Below are positions 20,562-28,658 of a stretch of 64,000 nt of DNA, one piece after another. The translations under genes and the position numbers were made by a program. This DNA is from a virus (lineage: Duplodnaviria > Heunggongvirae > Uroviricota > Caudoviricetes): IMG/VR virus record IMGVR_UViG_2881684137_000004, positions 128,001 to 192,000 of that record; one strand, given 5' to 3'. Positions within the stretch are counted from its first letter, which is position 1. Every line of letters starts with the position of its first letter. The notes beneath the pieces are model-generated. The model had not been told where the DNA came from. It did not search any database and saw nothing but the letters and a program-made list of their open reading frames with translations.

Positions 20562-20900
20562 ATTTGGGTGACCTCCATATAAATAAAATATAAATCTGAT
20601 ATGTTTATATTATAACAATCCGGTTTATACTTGTAAAGTAAATATGTATATTTTATTTTTATTTGCTTCAGTATTCAACAGTCCATCACTGCAACCAGGA
20701 AACGCCGCTAGGAGACGCTATAGGCCTCCTACTACTTCTGTCGGCTAATGCCTTATGACTTACTTTGTTACATACAAAGTGTTATCCAAGCGCCTTAGAC
20801 TAGAGAGAGAGCACCTATATAAGGATGATAGTTCCCACATTACTAAATTTCCTAAGAATGTATCCCTCCTAGTTCTCTATACTGTTGTTTAAAAGGGGAA

Positions 20901-21050
20901 TTACTCCCCATAAATTCTAATATGTTCATGATATTCGTCAATAATCTGTTCTTTTTCTTCGATGGCTTTAGAATGATATTCTTCCTCATGCATTCTATAA
21001 TCTTCCTCAAGCCACTTGATAAAGTGCGCAAGATTTACGTTAAGTTTCAT
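20901..21050 (-). CDS. small hypothetical protein (below ORF-track cutoff)
   Basis: 49 aa MKLNVNLAHF..., GGAGG RBS, TAA stop in loop of GGGGA hairpin. Confidence 0.6.
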   Translation of the reverse strand: MKLNVNLAHFIKWLEEDYRMHEEEYHSKAIEEKEQIIDEYHEHIRIYGE

Positions 21051-21089
21051 TTATTTTACCTCCATTTAGTATAGGATGAAAGACAGATT

Positions 21090-21299
21090 TTATCCATATT
21101 TTTTAATAAAAGATAAGCAATTTTTACACAAAGAATTCAGTTCTATATCAGACAAATGCTCAAAATGTTCGGGTTCTTCTGAAATAATGTCTAACTCGTG
21201 TTGTACTAGGAACACCAAGTCTTTAACTGATTGGTGAATATGTGGATCATATGTTATACCGTCTGGAAGATTCTTCAAAGCTCTACTAAACATAATCAT
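21090..21299 (-). CDS. hypothetical protein
   Basis: 69 aa, TAA stop inside an 18-bp site. Confidence 0.6.
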   Translation of the reverse strand: MIMFSRALKNLPDGITYDPHIHQSVKDLVFLVQHELDIISEEPEHFEHLSDIELNSLCKNCLSFIKKYG

Positions 21300-21487
21300 T
21301 TCACTGCCTTTGCAATAATTTTTGTTTTAATTCTCTCGTCAAATTTAAATTGAAACTCAGTATCAAATTCGATTTCAGCCTCACCGATTGCCATTACATA
21401 AGCATCTTCTGGAAACACACTATTATAGGAATCATAAACTATTGAAGCCGCTCTTTCAATAATCATCTCATGAATAGTATTCATCAT
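21296..21487 (-). CDS. hypothetical protein
   Basis: 63 aa, GGAGG RBS. Confidence 0.6.
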   Translation of the reverse strand: MMNTIHEMIIERAASIVYDSYNSVFPEDAYVMAIGEAEIEFDTEFQFKFDERIKTKIIAKAVK

Positions 21488-21513
21488 TTTTATTACCTCC
21501 GATTATTTTTTAT

Positions 21514-21813
21514 TTAGTGAAAATATGATCTGACAATTACTACTGAATCGGGATCTTGCTGCTCACCAGAATAAGCAATTGTTACAAAAGTATCCTTGTA
21601 CAACTTTGTTAATTCTTCGTCACCCAGGTTCTTTTCATTTTCCAACTCTACAACCCAATGACCAAATTCATCACCCAAGTATGAGACCGCATAAGTTGCG
21701 AACTCGTCACTATATACTGACTCAATAGCCACTTTTACTTGATTGATTTCCTGATTCGTGTTTCCTCCAATATTCGTAAACATCATCAAAGCAATTAGCA
21801 ATTTAATCATCAT
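21514..21813 (-). CDS. putative exported protein
   Basis: N-terminal hydrophobic signal-like stretch MMIKLLIALMMF. Confidence 0.6.
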   Translation of the reverse strand: MMIKLLIALMMFTNIGGNTNQEINQVKVAIESVYSDEFATYAVSYLGDEFGHWVVELENEKNLGDEELTKLYKDTFVTIAYSGEQQDPDSVVIVRSYFH

Positions 21814-22036
21814 TATATCCCCATTCTTTTTTTATTTTTTATTTTAAAATCAATTGCCCGTAGACTTTCTTTTCCTTCAATTCCTGTTGCCGCTGCCATC
21901 TGCTTGAAATGACAGCAAGTTTTGTTTGGCTCATTAGAATCACATCCTTTGTGTATTTAAGCTTTATACATATCCTCTGTAACTAATTATTAGTATACAG
22001 GTTTATATGTATAAAGTAAAGATAAATATTTATATT

Positions 22037-23566
22037 TTATTTATACCTCTCTTTGTGGTATTTATCTATTGCTGTTGCAGGCTCAGCAACTATTTTAAAC
22101 AATTCATCAACCGTTTTATGTTGTAATAATTCATCGGCCTGTTCTTTGCTTAAAATATTAGTGATAGTGAACAGCTTTAAATTCTGTTCAGGGGTCAATT
22201 TAGATTTATTGGCTCTACGATCAATAAAATTATTAAATGATATAACGTTATTATCATTGTTAGACATAGATTCTTCCATTGTTTCAGACTCAGAGTCGCT
22301 TTCTAAAGAGTCTTCTTGATTGGCATCAATAATGATACTGTTAAAGCTATCAACAAGCCTAGAAGCCAATTCTAATCGTTCAGGGGTGTTTTTAGCCCAC
22401 CACACCGCATGGCGTGAAGACCATTTAAAACCTAGCGATTTAATCGCTGAAATGATATTGTCTGAAGGCTTGGTAGCAAATTTAACTTCCAGTCCATTTT
22501 TCTTTGTGTTGATTTTAAGTGTTGCTTTGTTAGTTGTTTCCTCGCTCACTTGTTCAGCTTCAACTGTTTCTGGCTCCTCTTCTTTTGAGGTTTCAATTTG
22601 AGGAGAATCGGAAACCTTTTGTGTCCGCTTTGTTTTCTTAAAAACTGTCTTTTCTGTGAACTCTGTTACCTCTTGTAAAGTATACACTTTGACTTTGCCC
22701 TCTTGCATTTCTTTTTGAAGACGCTCCATCGGTTGATAATATCTCTTAGTATTGTTTTTGCGTTGATATCCTCTTTTCTCACTTCCCAGTAGTTCATAAG
22801 TTACCCTTACTTGCTCACCAACAGTATAAACTTTATTGACGATCCAATAATGACCATGATACGAAAAGGAAAGAATATCACCTTCGTAAATTCTATTGTT
22901 TTCTTTTTCATCTTTTTCAACTGGTCTAGTTACTTTTTTAGCTACTTTAATAACTTCTGCTTGCAATGCATCCGAATCGGACAGAACTTTTTCAATTTTA
23001 ACAATAAACTTTTCAAGTTTTTCGGATTTTTGTTCAGCCGCTGTTTTTTCTTCGTTTTGCCAGTCATAGGAATTTACAGCGAATGCTCCACTTCCTTTTG
23101 CAATAATCTGACCATCCTTCTCGATATGCCAATTGTTATGTTTAGGATTTCCGTGTGCAAAAGTTGGATATGTTTCAACTATTGTGTAAGTTGGTTTAAT
23201 TCCTTGCTTCTCTTTTTCTTTATCGATCAGAACCACACAAGATGCCTTTTCGTTCTCTGTGGATGCAGGATCGTCCATCATTGCTTGTAACTTCTCAATT
23301 CGTGCAGTTGCTTTGTATGAATTTTTATCGTAGTTATATTTTTTCACTTCATAGCCGCTATATCGCGTATTGTCATTATCGACAACGAGTACGAAGCCAT
23401 TCTTCTCTGCGATACCGTCCCAGTTGGCTGGGGAAAAATAATCGGTCATAGAGTCACTATCATCTGATTTATACCCAAATACATTCCAACCTTTTTCAGT
23501 AAGTGCGTGCATAATTTTTACTCTTGCTTCTCTTTTATCATAGTAATGCATATGTATAACCCCCAA
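22037..23566 (-). CDS. multidomain protein with polyvalent-protein-type motifs
   Basis: DDSDSMTDYF motif (LPD29-like) and KF..KP..AIKSLGFKWS..WWA motif (DUF3560-associated-like). Confidence 0.6.
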   Translation of the reverse strand: MGVIHMHYYDKREARVKIMHALTEKGWNVFGYKSDDSDSMTDYFSPANWDGIAEKNGFVLVVDNDNTRYSGYEVKKYNYDKNSYKATARIEKLQAMMDDPASTENEKASCVVLIDKEKEKQGIKPTYTIVETYPTFAHGNPKHNNWHIEKDGQIIAKGSGAFAVNSYDWQNEEKTAAEQKSEKLEKFIVKIEKVLSDSDALQAEVIKVAKKVTRPVEKDEKENNRIYEGDILSFSYHGHYWIVNKVYTVGEQVRVTYELLGSEKRGYQRKNNTKRYYQPMERLQKEMQEGKVKVYTLQEVTEFTEKTVFKKTKRTQKVSDSPQIETSKEEEPETVEAEQVSEETTNKATLKINTKKNGLEVKFATKPSDNIISAIKSLGFKWSSRHAVWWAKNTPERLELASRLVDSFNSIIIDANQEDSLESDSESETMEESMSNNDNNVISFNNFIDRRANKSKLTPEQNLKLFTITNILSKEQADELLQHKTVDELFKIVAEPATAIDKYHKERYK

Positions 23567-23635
23567 TTAAATTATGTATTTCTTATTTATAACTATAAAG
23601 CAAAATATGTATATTGTCAATATGTATATTTCATT

Positions 23636-24040
23636 TTAAAATATTACAGCGATAACTTTTGCATCTTTTATTAATATTTCCCCATGGTCTGGATCATCGT
23701 TGCGACCTACGTTGTCGTTTGCAATAATGTAGCAATGATTAGTTAAGAATAATTTGCTGCAATCAATATCTGTACTATCCCAAGGGCGAATTTTATATGT
23801 TGAATCTAACTGCATATTCCAGGCAGAAGTACCGTCTAATACTTCCATTTCTTCATATTCCGGTGTCGCATAAATTGGAAATTCACGTTCATCGTCTCGA
23901 CATGGATTGTGACGTGAATATTCACAAATATCACCAATTCTCCGTTCCTTGTCTTCAAAGCGCAAACCAACATAATAATAATCTTGTTGTGCTTGTGACA
24001 GGAATAGCTTGCAAAACTCGTACATTTGAATAATATTCAT
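23636..24040 (-). CDS. hypothetical protein
   Basis: 134 aa, GAGG RBS. Confidence 0.7.
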   Translation of the reverse strand: MNIIQMYEFCKLFLSQAQQDYYYVGLRFEDKERRIGDICEYSRHNPCRDDEREFPIYATPEYEEMEVLDGTSAWNMQLDSTYKIRPWDSTDIDCSKLFLTNHCYIIANDNVGRNDDPDHGEILIKDAKVIAVIF

Positions 24041-24061
24041 TTTTAAGACCTCGTTTCGTTG

Positions 24062-24451
24062 TTATCTACAAAATAAATTACCAATAGTCCAAGCAATTTC
24101 TTTTGCTCCCTTGCGCGTTTCTCCATTGCACGGATTCATTTTTAAACAAATTGCTTTCTTTCCTTCAATACGGACAACCTTCCATAGAACGCCTTTTGCT
24201 TCAACATAAGATCCAACTTGCACTTTTTTACCATTGGACGAAAGATTTTCATTTGAATTGATAGGAATAACATGATCTGTGCTCAGTTGATATTCAAAAC
24301 CAATCGACAATAATGCTGTAATATTTTTTCCATTAACGAAGGTAATAGTTGCTTCCAAACCTTCGTACATCCCCCATGTAATTTGCACCTTGTTACCGAT
24401 ATCAAACAATTTAATCAACTCCAATTTATGTATTTCATTTATTAATATCAT
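24062..24451 (-). CDS. hypothetical protein (tandem KOW/SH3-like)
   Basis: IGNKVQITWGMYEG and VGSYVEAKG motifs. Confidence 0.6.
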   Translation of the reverse strand: MILINEIHKLELIKLFDIGNKVQITWGMYEGLEATITFVNGKNITALLSIGFEYQLSTDHVIPINSNENLSSNGKKVQVGSYVEAKGVLWKVVRIEGKKAICLKMNPCNGETRKGAKEIAWTIGNLFCR

Positions 24452-24487
24452 TATAAGCTTTTATTTAATAAAAGTAAAGTATTTTCT

Positions 24488-24925
24488 TTACTTAATATAA
24501 TATTCATTATTAATTTTAACAATATTTTTAAATCCGAATACACTTGTAACAGGTTCGTCAATGGCATTAGCCAATTTAAGCATCGTTCGGACATCCAGGT
24601 TATCGCTCTGTAGTATTTGTCCAACGCGCTGCTTTGTAACTCCCAGTGTCTCACCAATTTTTTCATTGGATAGTTTCTTACTTTTCTTAATTAAATTCAC
24701 TTTGTTGATAAAACCGTTGTTATTGAAAATAGAAATCTGCTCATCAATATATTGCGATGCTACAGTATCAATAATAATTTCACCGCAATCAGAGCATTGC
24801 AGTACTGGAATACTTTCAATAACAAGCGTTTTATTTGAGACGTTAAATTTATCCGTGTGAAGAATTCTATTTAGATTTTCAGAAAAGCATTCTGTGCAAA
24901 AACTAACTCCAGATGTTTTTGACAT
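24488..24925 (-). CDS. YgiT/MqsA-like Zn-finger + XRE HTH regulator
   Basis: CTEC..IPVLQCSDCGE then LSNEKIGETLGVTKQRVGQI HTH. Confidence 0.75.
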   Translation of the reverse strand: MSKTSGVSFCTECFSENLNRILHTDKFNVSNKTLVIESIPVLQCSDCGEIIIDTVASQYIDEQISIFNNNGFINKVNLIKKSKKLSNEKIGETLGVTKQRVGQILQSDNLDVRTMLKLANAIDEPVTSVFGFKNIVKINNEYYIK

Positions 24926-24984
24926 TTAGACAACACTCCTTAGTTTAGTTTCTAGTAGCAATGAACAATTATTCCTTGTCCATT

Positions 24985-25143
24985 TTATCGTTCTCTTCTC
25001 TTTTTGAATCTGATGATTCCTACTACAGATACTACTATAGCCAATCCTAAAGCAATTGTAGGGATCATAGCTAAAGGCTGCAAAGTAATTAGCATAGTTA
25101 TGCTGGATAGGATTATAAGCGTGTATAGGCCATTGTAAGCCAT
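24985..25143 (-). CDS. small two-TM membrane protein (YoyJ-like position)
   Basis: GAGGTG RBS, two hydrophobic segments and basic tail. Confidence 0.6.
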   Translation of the reverse strand: MAYNGLYTLIILSSITMLITLQPLAMIPTIALGLAIVVSVVGIIRFKKRRER

Positions 25144-25198
25144 TATAATCACCTCATTATAGAGTTGCATTCATAGTAAACTTATGTTAAATTGTAAG

Positions 25199-25283
25199 GG
25201 AAGAGGGAAGCCAGAAATGCACTTCCCAACATAGCTGTTTTACCGTTGGTGTTTATCCTTTCGTGGAGGATAAGCGCCTTTTT
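25199..25283 (+). ncRNA. candidate antisense antitoxin RNA (SR6-like)
   Basis: TTGCAT(25165)-17-TGnTAAATT(25188) promoter, 5' hairpin, terminator stem 25248-25278 plus T5; complementary to the 3' end of 25240..25431. Confidence 0.65.
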
Positions 25284-25431
25284 CATGTTGTGCTGATTCT
25301 AGTTGTTTCCGGTAAGTTCCCCTTATCTCCTGTTTTCTTTTTCTTTGATAGCGTGTTTCATCTAAGATGAAACGGATTAGTGCAAGAATAACAGGAATGT
25401 AAGGTATAATGGACTTTAGGAGTTGGAACAT
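25240..25431 (-). CDS. type I toxin-like peptide (YonT-like)
   Basis: 63 aa, one N-terminal TM followed by K/R-rich tail; GGGAGG RBS; convergent antisense RNA. Confidence 0.6.
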   Translation of the reverse strand: MFQLLKSIIPYIPVILALIRFILDETRYQRKRKQEIRGTYRKQLESAQHEKGAYPPRKDKHQR

Positions 25432-25591
25432 GGGGTAACCTCCCTTGCTATGTATTGTCCTCCCTTACAACTACAATTATACAGTTTTATATATGTAAAG
25501 TCAATTGTTTTTTGTATTTTATTTTTTATTTTTGTTGGAATTGTTAAGTGCCCTGGTCTCATAAAAAAATTGAATTGCAACTCTATAGATG

Positions 25592-26413
25592 TTATTGAAG
25601 ACTTATTGCAGTGTGATCAAAAACAATGTAAACAGTATGCGTCTCCTCTACGCTTATTGGTAGATCAATCTTGGAATCTTCAAATACAATAGCATCGTAA
25701 CCAGCTTTCATTATCATGCTTTTCCATTCGGACATATAGTTTGCGTTGAGTAACAAGCTAGTCATTTGCTTTTCAGAAGGTGTTTCAGTTCCAATGTACT
25801 TGAATGCCAATGGCTTGCATAGAAAAAAATCATCAAAGTTGTCAGTATGAGCGTAAAGCGGATTATGTAAGGTTACTTTTACAGTGTAAACATTTGGGCC
25901 ATACAGTGATCGTGCTTTATCTGGAGAAGAAGTAAACCAAGTGCCCAACTTGTTATAGTTAGTTACCTCCTGAGCTTCAAATGTTAAGCTTCCATTATGT
26001 GATGCATGGAAGACAGTGTGAACATTGCCGTTCGAGTTTTCAACTTCTGCTATAGTAACTTCTTCTGTTACCGTTGAAGTGGACATGACTTCTTCTGTCT
26101 TCTTCACAGCTTTACGGTACTTGCCAATACTTAGCTTCTCTTCAATCTGGTCACGTAACCAAGACACTTCTTCTTTGACCTCTTTAATGGTCATGCTGAG
26201 TGCTTTGTTAACCGAAACTACAGTATCGCTATATGTTTTTTCATCTTCGGATGGACATCCACTCCATATTACTCCGTTGATATCTTTGATCATTGCATAT
26301 GCTGCATCCCATTCAGCTTCAGTCTTGCATACCAAACGTAGTTGTGCACCTTTGTATTCATCTTTACCAGTCATTGGGTTCCAGTTACGTTCTTCTTCGT
26401 ATACAAGTTTCAT
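25592..26413 (-). CDS. protein with C-terminal ART-PolyVal-like ADP-ribosyltransferase domain
   Basis: VFHAS..GTWFTSS..A..YG..VY.V.....NP..GYDAIV..YIVFD pattern. Confidence 0.65.
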   Translation of the reverse strand: MKLVYEEERNWNPMTGKDEYKGAQLRLVCKTEAEWDAAYAMIKDINGVIWSGCPSEDEKTYSDTVVSVNKALSMTIKEVKEEVSWLRDQIEEKLSIGKYRKAVKKTEEVMSTSTVTEEVTIAEVENSNGNVHTVFHASHNGSLTFEAQEVTNYNKLGTWFTSSPDKARSLYGPNVYTVKVTLHNPLYAHTDNFDDFFLCKPLAFKYIGTETPSEKQMTSLLLNANYMSEWKSMIMKAGYDAIVFEDSKIDLPISVEETHTVYIVFDHTAISLQ

Positions 26414-27575
26414 TGTGAATCCTCCGATTAATTTATATTATGTATTTGTTATCTTTATTATAAGCGATTACTTTATATATGTAAAGTGTTTTATGTATAT
26501 TTTATTTATTTATTTTTTTGGAATTTATTTTTGGAAATTTTCAATTTTGGAATTTGGGTGATTGATCGTGAGGTATAGTGATGATGGTAGCAAGGTGAGA
26601 GATGAGGCTTATAAGGCTGCGTAGGGATGAATAGAGGATAAGGATAGGATGGGATGGAGGAGAGATTAGGGATGAGTTGTGGAGTTGTGAGGGTGGATTG
26701 AGTTATGGATTGGGGAATATTGGTAATTTTATATTTTGAATAATAGTTATCATTTGATAAGTATTTGAAGAAACGCTGCCTGTTACAATAACGATGTTGG
26801 CGAATGTCTTATCTCTCCCGCTCCTGTATATTAAATTAATTGGAATAATCATACAAAAACTTTTTTGCTGCCTTCAACAGCATGTGCTAATCATGTATCT
26901 GATTTGCCTGGACTGTCATTCATATTCTCCTGTATCATTACCATATATTGCTAAAGTGTCATCTAATCACTATTAGACTACAGTTTTAAAGGGTTATTGA
27001 CCTCTATCCAGACCATAAGCAGGGGGCTACTTAACAACTTTTATATCCATTTATTACCAAATATCAGCATGAGCACATCAACTCCCACACTCAGCTTAAT
27101 TTATCAATCGATACAGCATATTTCTCCACTCTCCCACTATTCTCATCCTCATCTTCCCACTAGTCGTTATCGTAATTGTTATCGTAAACTATGCATATTC
27201 ATTACCTTTTCTCACCTAATATTTATCATCATTTCACCTTTTTCTCCACTTTACCTCTCATTCCCCCAATACTATCAACACATTTACGATATCAACTATC
27301 GATATCACATTTCCCTTCCTCAATTACACTCATCAATTTCCCAATATTCTCAACAGTTAAATACTCATTTCCATACTCATTTTCATCTTTATATTTACTC
27401 ACTATCTCACTCACGATAACATTTACCACCTACCCGATCTCATCTATAATCCTACAATTTTTAACTTTATCACCTACTCTTTATCGTAAAGTTATTGAAA
27501 TTCAACAGTTATTCACCTATACTATCCTCAATTGTCTAATTTACTATTTATTACTACGAATTGGAGTCTTAATAA

Positions 27576-28067
27576 ATGAATTGTCCTCTTTGCAATAGCC
27601 CACTTAAAAGGAATAAGGTTGCTTGTTCAATGAAATGTTACGGCTTGTTAAAAAGTAATATTAAACAATGTGTGATATGTGATAAACCATTCTTTGAACC
27701 CCCAAGTAGTTCAACAATTACATGTGGAGAAGACTGTTCTGCTGAAAATAGACGGAGATTATTCAAAAAAGGAGTTAACGATGAAGCTTTAAAAGCAGCT
27801 CATGAAAAGTTGTTAACTAATCCACTAACCGGACGCTTCTCAACACACATGCATGCAAAGGAGTGGGTTATTCAATCTCCAACAGGAGAAGTCTACAAAT
27901 GTCGCAATTTAAAAAATTGGCTGAGAGAAAATGAACAGTTATTAGACGGTACATACAAGCAGGCTTGGGACGGAATATCTAAGATAAAATATTCTGCTCA
28001 GGGCAAGAGAAAAAATAATGTTTATCAGTGGAAAGGTTGGAGGTTGTTGGCCTGGAGTGACAATTAA
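27576..28067 (+). CDS. Zn-finger DNA-binding protein with NUMOD1-like C-terminus
   Basis: CPLC..CSMKC, CVIC..TCGEDC; SPTGEVY..NLKNWLREN..WKGW. Confidence 0.65.
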   Translation: MNCPLCNSPLKRNKVACSMKCYGLLKSNIKQCVICDKPFFEPPSSSTITCGEDCSAENRRRLFKKGVNDEALKAAHEKLLTNPLTGRFSTHMHAKEWVIQSPTGEVYKCRNLKNWLRENEQLLDGTYKQAWDGISKIKYSAQGKRKNNVYQWKGWRLLAWSDN

Positions 28068-28086
28068 ATTAATAACATTACAAATT

Positions 28087-28121
28087 AAAAAAACTCTCTA
28101 AATTAATTGAGAGTTTTTTTT
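28087..28121. terminator. bidirectional intrinsic terminator
   Basis: A-run CTCTC..GAGAG T-run between convergent genes. Confidence 0.65.
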
Positions 28122-28124
28122 ATA

Positions 28125-28355
28125 TTAATTTGGCTGTTGTTTTTCCTTGTTTGATTCATTAAGCAGTTTAACTATCTCCGACAATCCAATGAGCAACATC
28201 CCAGATGTGATTGATCCAAACCACCACAATAGCATGTTGGAAAAAATAAAGCCATCATCAGATTGCCCTGAAATTAATCCATAAATTAATCCAACTACTA
28301 AGATGCATCCACCCAAATACTTTAGAGATAAAAAAATAGTATGGTCGTACTTCAT
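28125..28355 (-). CDS. small membrane protein
   Basis: two TM segments, AGGAGG RBS. Confidence 0.65.
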   Translation of the reverse strand: MKYDHTIFLSLKYLGGCILVVGLIYGLISGQSDDGFIFSNMLLWWFGSITSGMLLIGLSEIVKLLNESNKEKQQPN

Positions 28356-28424
28356 TAATGTACACCTCCTACCATTTATTGTTAATGAATTATTATTAAA
28401 ACTCTTCTATCTATCTTACTCTTC

Positions 28425-28658
28425 TCACTTTACTAGGCTGGTGAAACTAGGCTGGAGACTCATAAAAGTGTTATGTAATCCCTCTAATACAAAAGTAACA
28501 GCACTCGCAAATAAGTCACCGCCTTTATTTGCAAACTGATCTGGATTGCTTATAAATACCAATAAAACCACTAGGGTCGATAAAGCAGCTATCAACTTTA
28601 ATTTATTGTTCAATAACTCACATCCTTTTGACCTATTTTTATAGTTATATATTACCAT
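28425..28658 (-). CDS. small membrane-anchored protein
   Basis: hydrophobic segment LIAALSTLVVLLVFI; start probably later TTG. Confidence 0.5.
   Translation of the reverse strand: MVIYNYKNRSKGCELLNNKLKLIAALSTLVVLLVFISNPDQFANKGGDLFASAVTFVLEGLHNTFMSLQPSFTSLVK

Larger units (their letters stand above)
18288..20909 (-). repeat. Five copies of a compact GGGGAG(T/A)AATTCCCCTT hairpin at stop codons
   Basis: 18288-18307, 18636-18652, 19076-19095, 19448-19466, 20895-20909. Confidence 0.75.
141..21093. repeat. Dispersed 18-bp inverted-repeat sites ATGAAA-N6-TTTCAT at gene boundaries (~20 copies)
   Basis: Good copies at 141-158, 1499-1516, 1839-1856, 2254-2271, 2715-2732, 3531-3548, 4177-4194, 5355-5372, 5731-5748, 6010-6027, 10763-10780, 13886-13903, 15246-15263, 15590-15607, 16998-17015, 18023-18040, 18608-18625, 21076-21093; weaker at 16061-16078, 17498-17515, 19429-19446. 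All are intergenic or overlap a stop codon. Confidence 0.85.
13134..26487 (-). promoter_or_regulatory. Family of sigma-A promoters carrying an 18-bp palindromic operator ACTTTA-N6-TAAAGT (10 copies)
   Basis: Operators at 13142-13159, 13837-13854, 16412-16429, 18559-18576, 19390-19407, 20622-20639, 22000-22017, 25484-25501, 26470-26487 and degenerate 23584-23601; each overlaps a TT(G/T)ACN-17bp-TATA(A/C/G/T)T promoter on the minus strand. Confidence 0.85.

Noticed and set aside
1654-26561. Plus-strand ORFs in the early region (e.g. 1707..2075, 4326..4688, 22811..23290, 26025..26561)
   Set aside because: Antisense shadows of minus-strand genes with good RBSs; F/S/I-rich low-information translations
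26794-27598. ORFs 26794..26976, 26997..27419, 27191..27598
   Set aside because: Arise from the C/T-skewed low-complexity tract; no RBS; H/S/I/L-biased
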